Assembly (NCBI RefSeq): GCF_003072485.1
Contig: NZ_CP025989.1
Span: 510,001 to 542,000, forward strand
Length of the DNA stretch: 32,000 nucleotides
DNA from: Candidatus Fokinia solitaria
GTDB taxonomy: Bacteria; Pseudomonadota; Alphaproteobacteria; Rickettsiales; Midichloriaceae
Direction: 5' to 3'
Part shown: positions 28,383-32,000 of the stretch, in pieces
Layout: each line of letters opens with the position of its first letter
Position numbering within the stretch: position 1 is the stretch's first letter
Notes under the pieces: model-generated
The model's database searches: none
What the model saw: only the letters and a program-made list of their open reading frames with translations
Told to the model about the DNA's origin: nothing
Program-made: the position numbers and the translations under genes

Positions 28383-31300
28383 TTAACTGTGTTCTATTCC
28401 TCCATCTATTGTAATATCTGCCTTGTGCTCATTATATTCATTCATGATAAAATAATCTGCACCTCCAACTATAGATACAAAGAAGTCATCCTTCGTAATT
28501 GCAGTATAACACGTCTCCATACTATATGTAGTATATACAGCTTCACTAAGATCTCGACAGAAATACTTACTATTGAGCAGTTTTATATACAAATCTTCCT
28601 TATTCTCTAAGTGTACGATCACTTCTCTCTCTTGCATTATCTTCATTGAATCCTTCACTTTGTTATGATCATTAGCAGCTCTTTGCATAAAATGAGCTTT
28701 TATCTGCTCATAATCTATTTTATAGATACTGCTGTTCTGCATCATACCATATAACTCATCCCAACTCTTTATAAGAGACTCTCCACTATCTAATAGTATT
28801 CCATACCCCTTTACCTTCGTATTAAGAGAATCGCAGAGTATCTGTAATTTTTCTGCAATCAGCGAATTAGATTCCTTTTGAAATAGCGAGAGAGCACAGT
28901 AACTCGGCACTGAGTGTAGCATTTTTCTTGCATCCATATAATAAGCACGACTCGCATCTAAAATTGAAGCGCATTTATCTAATTCACGAACTCCAGCAAT
29001 AAACTTATCATCCGTCTCATCAGAGTAGTAACATAAGAGCTCATTATCAATAGAACGCTTCAATTCCTGAGAATATAAGCCAATTATTTTATATTCAGCT
29101 AAGAAATCACGACTCGACCATTCCTGTATTTCCGCTTTCTGTGCAGAGTATTTCTTCAAGTGATCACCACAAGCAGTAATCTTCTTCCTTACTGCATCGC
29201 GTATATCATAAGGCAGCGTGCTTAACTCTCTTCCGACAAACTCATTAATTTCCGTTTCACATTGTTGCATTGCACTAATCGCTTTATCAAAGAAGTTCAC
29301 TTTTTCATTTTTCAATCTTCGTACTGACGCTTCATAGCTTTTCACTTTATCATTCGCATATTCGATAACTTTTGATATCGCATCCACTTCTGATTTAACA
29401 GCATTATACTGCATATCTAAGCCTTTACAACGCTTCGTAATCGCAGACTGATCAGGAAGCTCTGTAAGTACATGCTCTATAATGCCCATACAAGTGCTAC
29501 TTTCAGTTAACTCACTGCCAAAGCCATACTGCGCTATCGTGTTACTAATCTCTTCTAAATCTTTATGATACAATTCTATGATCATTTGCGGCAGCGCATT
29601 CTGAATATCTTTAACGTTCGTATCACTGATCAATTTCGCTAACACAGAAGCACTTGAATATAAGTCAACTTTCTTCAGTGCGCTACTTTTCTTCAGTGCG
29701 TTTACAGCTAAAATTTTAGGCATTACATTATCGAATCTCTGATCCCAGTAAGTGAAAGTCTCTGTCATGTAATTCGTCCTAGAATGCACTACTCCAGGCA
29801 ATGTGTCGTCAGTAATATCTAATATGTCATTTCTAAAATCATTCTTTACATTTTTTAACTTCGAATCGTCTGCTGTGTTATGCGATATCATTCTAGCAAT
29901 AACAGAGTCAAAATGACTGCTTAGTTTTCTCTTTGTATCGTCATGCCATCCTTGCAACTCAATACAACGTAATCCGGAATAATGTAAGGTAGACTCATAT
30001 GATTGTTCCATTCCACTAATATCTTTCTCACGCATCTTATACTTAGATGGCATGGTAATCCTCTGTTCTGTAAAGTGACGAACATCACTTAGACAACTTT
30101 GAACATTGAATTCCATACTTTTTCTAAATCCATCTCGTACTATGAGCCATATATCATTTTTAACATTCTCATCTTGTCTAAACTCTTTGTTTTGCGCATC
30201 AAATATTACATATTTACTAAGTGAAACATATTCTCTTCTCATTACAAAGTTATTATTTATTTGCTCTATCGCTTTCGATTTAGCTACAGCAAATTTCGAC
30301 TGCAGCTCTAATAAGAGGATTTTATGCAACTCAAGATTATTAGAGTTAGTAACAGCTCTACCATAAGAAATTTCATTAATGCTATTAATACTGCTATCCA
30401 ATTCATCCTCCGCACTTCGTATATCTTTCTCTTCTAGCATTGTCAATTTTCCAATCCTCTGCGCTACAAGTTCTGTTTCAGTGCTTAATTTTTTTAACGC
30501 TTCTGCATACTCACTTCCTACTACCATTGCTACGCTGCGCAAATCTCCAATTATACTTGCACCGAAATTAGACACTCTATTATCTACTTCATCACAATCA
30601 TCACTATAGCGATTATGGCATAATTCTTTCATCACAGCATATTCAGCGCTGTTCTTTACATCATCTCTAGCAGCAGCAACATAAGATTCGTAAACAGCAA
30701 TATCAATTGCATTATTTATAATAAGAGGCGTAATTTTCAAAATCTTCTCATTCAAAGCTTTTGTACTTTTCTCTAATAAACGTTCAACATTATCAAGCGC
30801 CTCCATATGCTCTCTATGCGCGAGATATGTCTGCATCTCTCTCACTTTATTGCTAAGTAGCGTATGTATAGTTTGCTTTTTGCTTTCAATTTTTCGAGCA
30901 TTCTCTTGCAAAATAAACTGTAGCACCTTTGAATAATTCATAACGCGCTCATCATTAAAAGGTACTACTTTTTCACAAGAATTACCGCTTGGCAGTGTAT
31001 TACCTAAGCTTTCAATCTCTCTCGAGAAAGCAATATACTCGTTCTTTTTGCCACTCCATCCTTTATTTTGACCAATTTCTTCTCTAATAGTCTCCTCTTT
31101 TTTAGAGAGCTGACTCGCTTTCTGCTCTAAATTCTCCAACTTGCGCAACATACTACCACACTGCGCTATAGCACTATCATATTCTCTTACAGCAGAGTAG
31201 TTTACAGTACTCTCATAATTAGATATCGGCTTTAAAAGTCCATCTTGCAATTTTTGCTGATTCTTTGCAATCAGTTCATATTTGTCCTTCACATCATTAT

Positions 31301-32000
31301 ACCTCTCAACTTCGACAAGAGACTTTTTATGCCCTTCTAATACCTTCATAATATCAGTAAGGTAAAACTTCTCTAAACGAGATGCTTCAGCAGCAGCACT
31401 TTGTTTTAAAACATTCATATAATACGAAGTACGCAAGTCACTATGCTCAGCTTTAAGTTCAAATTTATAAGACGTAACGTACTCAGTTAGACTTTTAGCT
31501 ACAAGTGCATAAGCCTTCTCCATCTCTTTCCTAAAATAAGATATGTCATCATTGTACATCGATGTAACAAGTTGCCTAATTTTTTGCATACTAATATCTA
31601 ACTCTCCACTCGCTAAATTTCTACCTGCTATAAATTTATTCATATTAGCGTTGGACTTACTGATCATATCTTCCTTCTGCTTTGCGGTCCAATCTCCACT
31701 ACTAGTACGATAAGCTCTATAATCAACGTTATAATAAGAATATACCCAAGAAACAGCTTGTATCATTTCTAAAGAATGCATTCCTATCCCATTCTTCTTT
31801 GCAAAATTAGAAAGTTGTATATAATTATATCTATCAGTCTTAGCCGTCTCTACATCTTCCTTTAACTTTTCACGAAGTTCGGAATCAACTCCTGTAACGC
31901 TATCACTACCTCCTAACGAACTATCAGCATTCAAACTCAAAGGTGCTAACTTTTGTGATAATAGTTCTGTAAACTCTTTCTGCTGAGAAACAACAGTATC
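28383..32000 (-). CDS. Giant hypothetical, coiled-coil-rich cytosolic-type protein, incomplete at the right edge
   Basis: The track ORF (1185 aa) starts at a TTG at 31940, but the reading frame stays open to base 32000 (DTVVSQQKEFTELLSQKLAP-LSLNADSSLGG...), so the N-terminus is outside the window. Lys/Glu/Gln/Leu-rich with no recognisable catalytic motif. Confidence 0.8.
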   Translation of the reverse strand, partial: DTVVSQQKEFTELLSQKLAPLSLNADSSLGGSDSVTGVDSELREKLKEDVETAKTDRYNYIQLSNFAKKNGIGMHSLEMIQAVSWVYSYYNVDYRAYRTSSGDWTAKQKEDMISKSNANMNKFIAGRNLASGELDISMQKIRQLVTSMYNDDISYFRKEMEKAYALVAKSLTEYVTSYKFELKAEHSDLRTSYYMNVLKQSAAAEASRLEKFYLTDIMKVLEGHKKSLVEVERYNDVKDKYELIAKNQQKLQDGLLKPISNYESTVNYSAVREYDSAIAQCGSMLRKLENLEQKASQLSKKEETIREEIGQNKGWSGKKNEYIAFSREIESLGNTLPSGNSCEKVVPFNDERVMNYSKVLQFILQENARKIESKKQTIHTLLSNKVREMQTYLAHREHMEALDNVERLLEKSTKALNEKILKITPLIINNAIDIAVYESYVAAARDDVKNSAEYAVMKELCHNRYSDDCDEVDNRVSNFGASIIGDLRSVAMVVGSEYAEALKKLSTETELVAQRIGKLTMLEEKDIRSAEDELDSSINSINEISYGRAVTNSNNLELHKILLLELQSKFAVAKSKAIEQINNNFVMRREYVSLSKYVIFDAQNKEFRQDENVKNDIWLIVRDGFRKSMEFNVQSCLSDVRHFTEQRITMPSKYKMREKDISGMEQSYESTLHYSGLRCIELQGWHDDTKRKLSSHFDSVIARMISHNTADDSKLKNVKNDFRNDILDITDDTLPGVVHSRTNYMTETFTYWDQRFDNVMPKILAVNALKKSSALKKVDLYSSASVLAKLISDTNVKDIQNALPQMIIELYHKDLEEISNTIAQYGFGSELTESSTCMGIIEHVLTELPDQSAITKRCKGLDMQYNAVKSEVDAISKVIEYANDKVKSYEASVRRLKNEKVNFFDKAISAMQQCETEINEFVGRELSTLPYDIRDAVRKKITACGDHLKKYSAQKAEIQEWSSRDFLAEYKIIGLYSQELKRSIDNELLCYYSDETDDKFIAGVRELDKCASILDASRAYYMDARKMLHSVPSYCALSLFQKESNSLIAEKLQILCDSLNTKVKGYGILLDSGESLIKSWDELYGMMQNSSIYKIDYEQIKAHFMQRAANDHNKVKDSMKIMQEREVIVHLENKEDLYIKLLNSKYFCRDLSEAVYTTYSMETCYTAITKDDFFVSIVGGADYFIMNEYNEHKADITIDGGIEHS

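Noticed and set aside
28389-30609. Plus-strand ORFs 28389..28610, 30106..30366 and 30379..30609 inside the giant gene
   Set aside because: Antisense shadows of a >3.6 kb open frame.
31940-31940. TTG at 31940 as the true start of the giant protein
   Set aside because: Reading upstream on the minus strand gives 20 more sense codons up to base 32000 with no stop, so the start is probably outside the window.
1-32000. Defence system, retron, prophage, transposon, CRISPR, rRNA or tRNA genes
   Set aside because: No reverse transcriptase, transposase/integrase, nuclease-helicase pair, regularly spaced repeats or TPsiC-arm-like sequences (GTTCRAnYC with flanking stem) were recognised by eye. A tRNAscan/Infernal/PADLOC run would be decisive, but I expect it to be negative.

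Overview
The window looks like a 32 kb piece of a low-GC, rearranged alphaproteobacterial genome. VirB11, an alphaproteobacterial SspB, a TrcR/DUF1013 regulator and an IalB-like secreted protein point to a Rickettsiales-type obligate intracellular lineage; this placement is inference, since no rRNA is present. Supported genes are rpoC (partial), rpoB, nusA, virB11, sspB, frr, a membrane histidine kinase, an HtrA/DegP protease, an outer-membrane-type protein, plsY, secF, an IalB-like protein, pgk, trcR, rpsC, a serine hydrolase plus AmpG-like MFS pair, a reduced glutamine-synthetase-like protein, rplO, rpmB, a nusB-like gene, tsaD, two small single-TM ORFs, and a giant coiled-coil-like ORF that stays open past the right edge. 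I see no CRISPR array, rRNA, recognisable tRNA, transposase or phage module, and no convincing defence system. The items most worth following up are: (1) RpoB with natural substitutions at classic rifampicin-resistance positions (Q513N, D516A, H526E and others, E. coli numbering); (2) ribosomal protein L15 with a ~119-aa Arg/Gly/Ser-rich repetitive N-terminal extension; (3) a lineage-specific giant ORF of more than 1200 aa; (4) a virB11-nusA-rpoB-rpoC arrangement and stand-alone rpsC and rplO genes; (5) two related tiny membrane proteins in a gene-poor, hairpin-containing interval.
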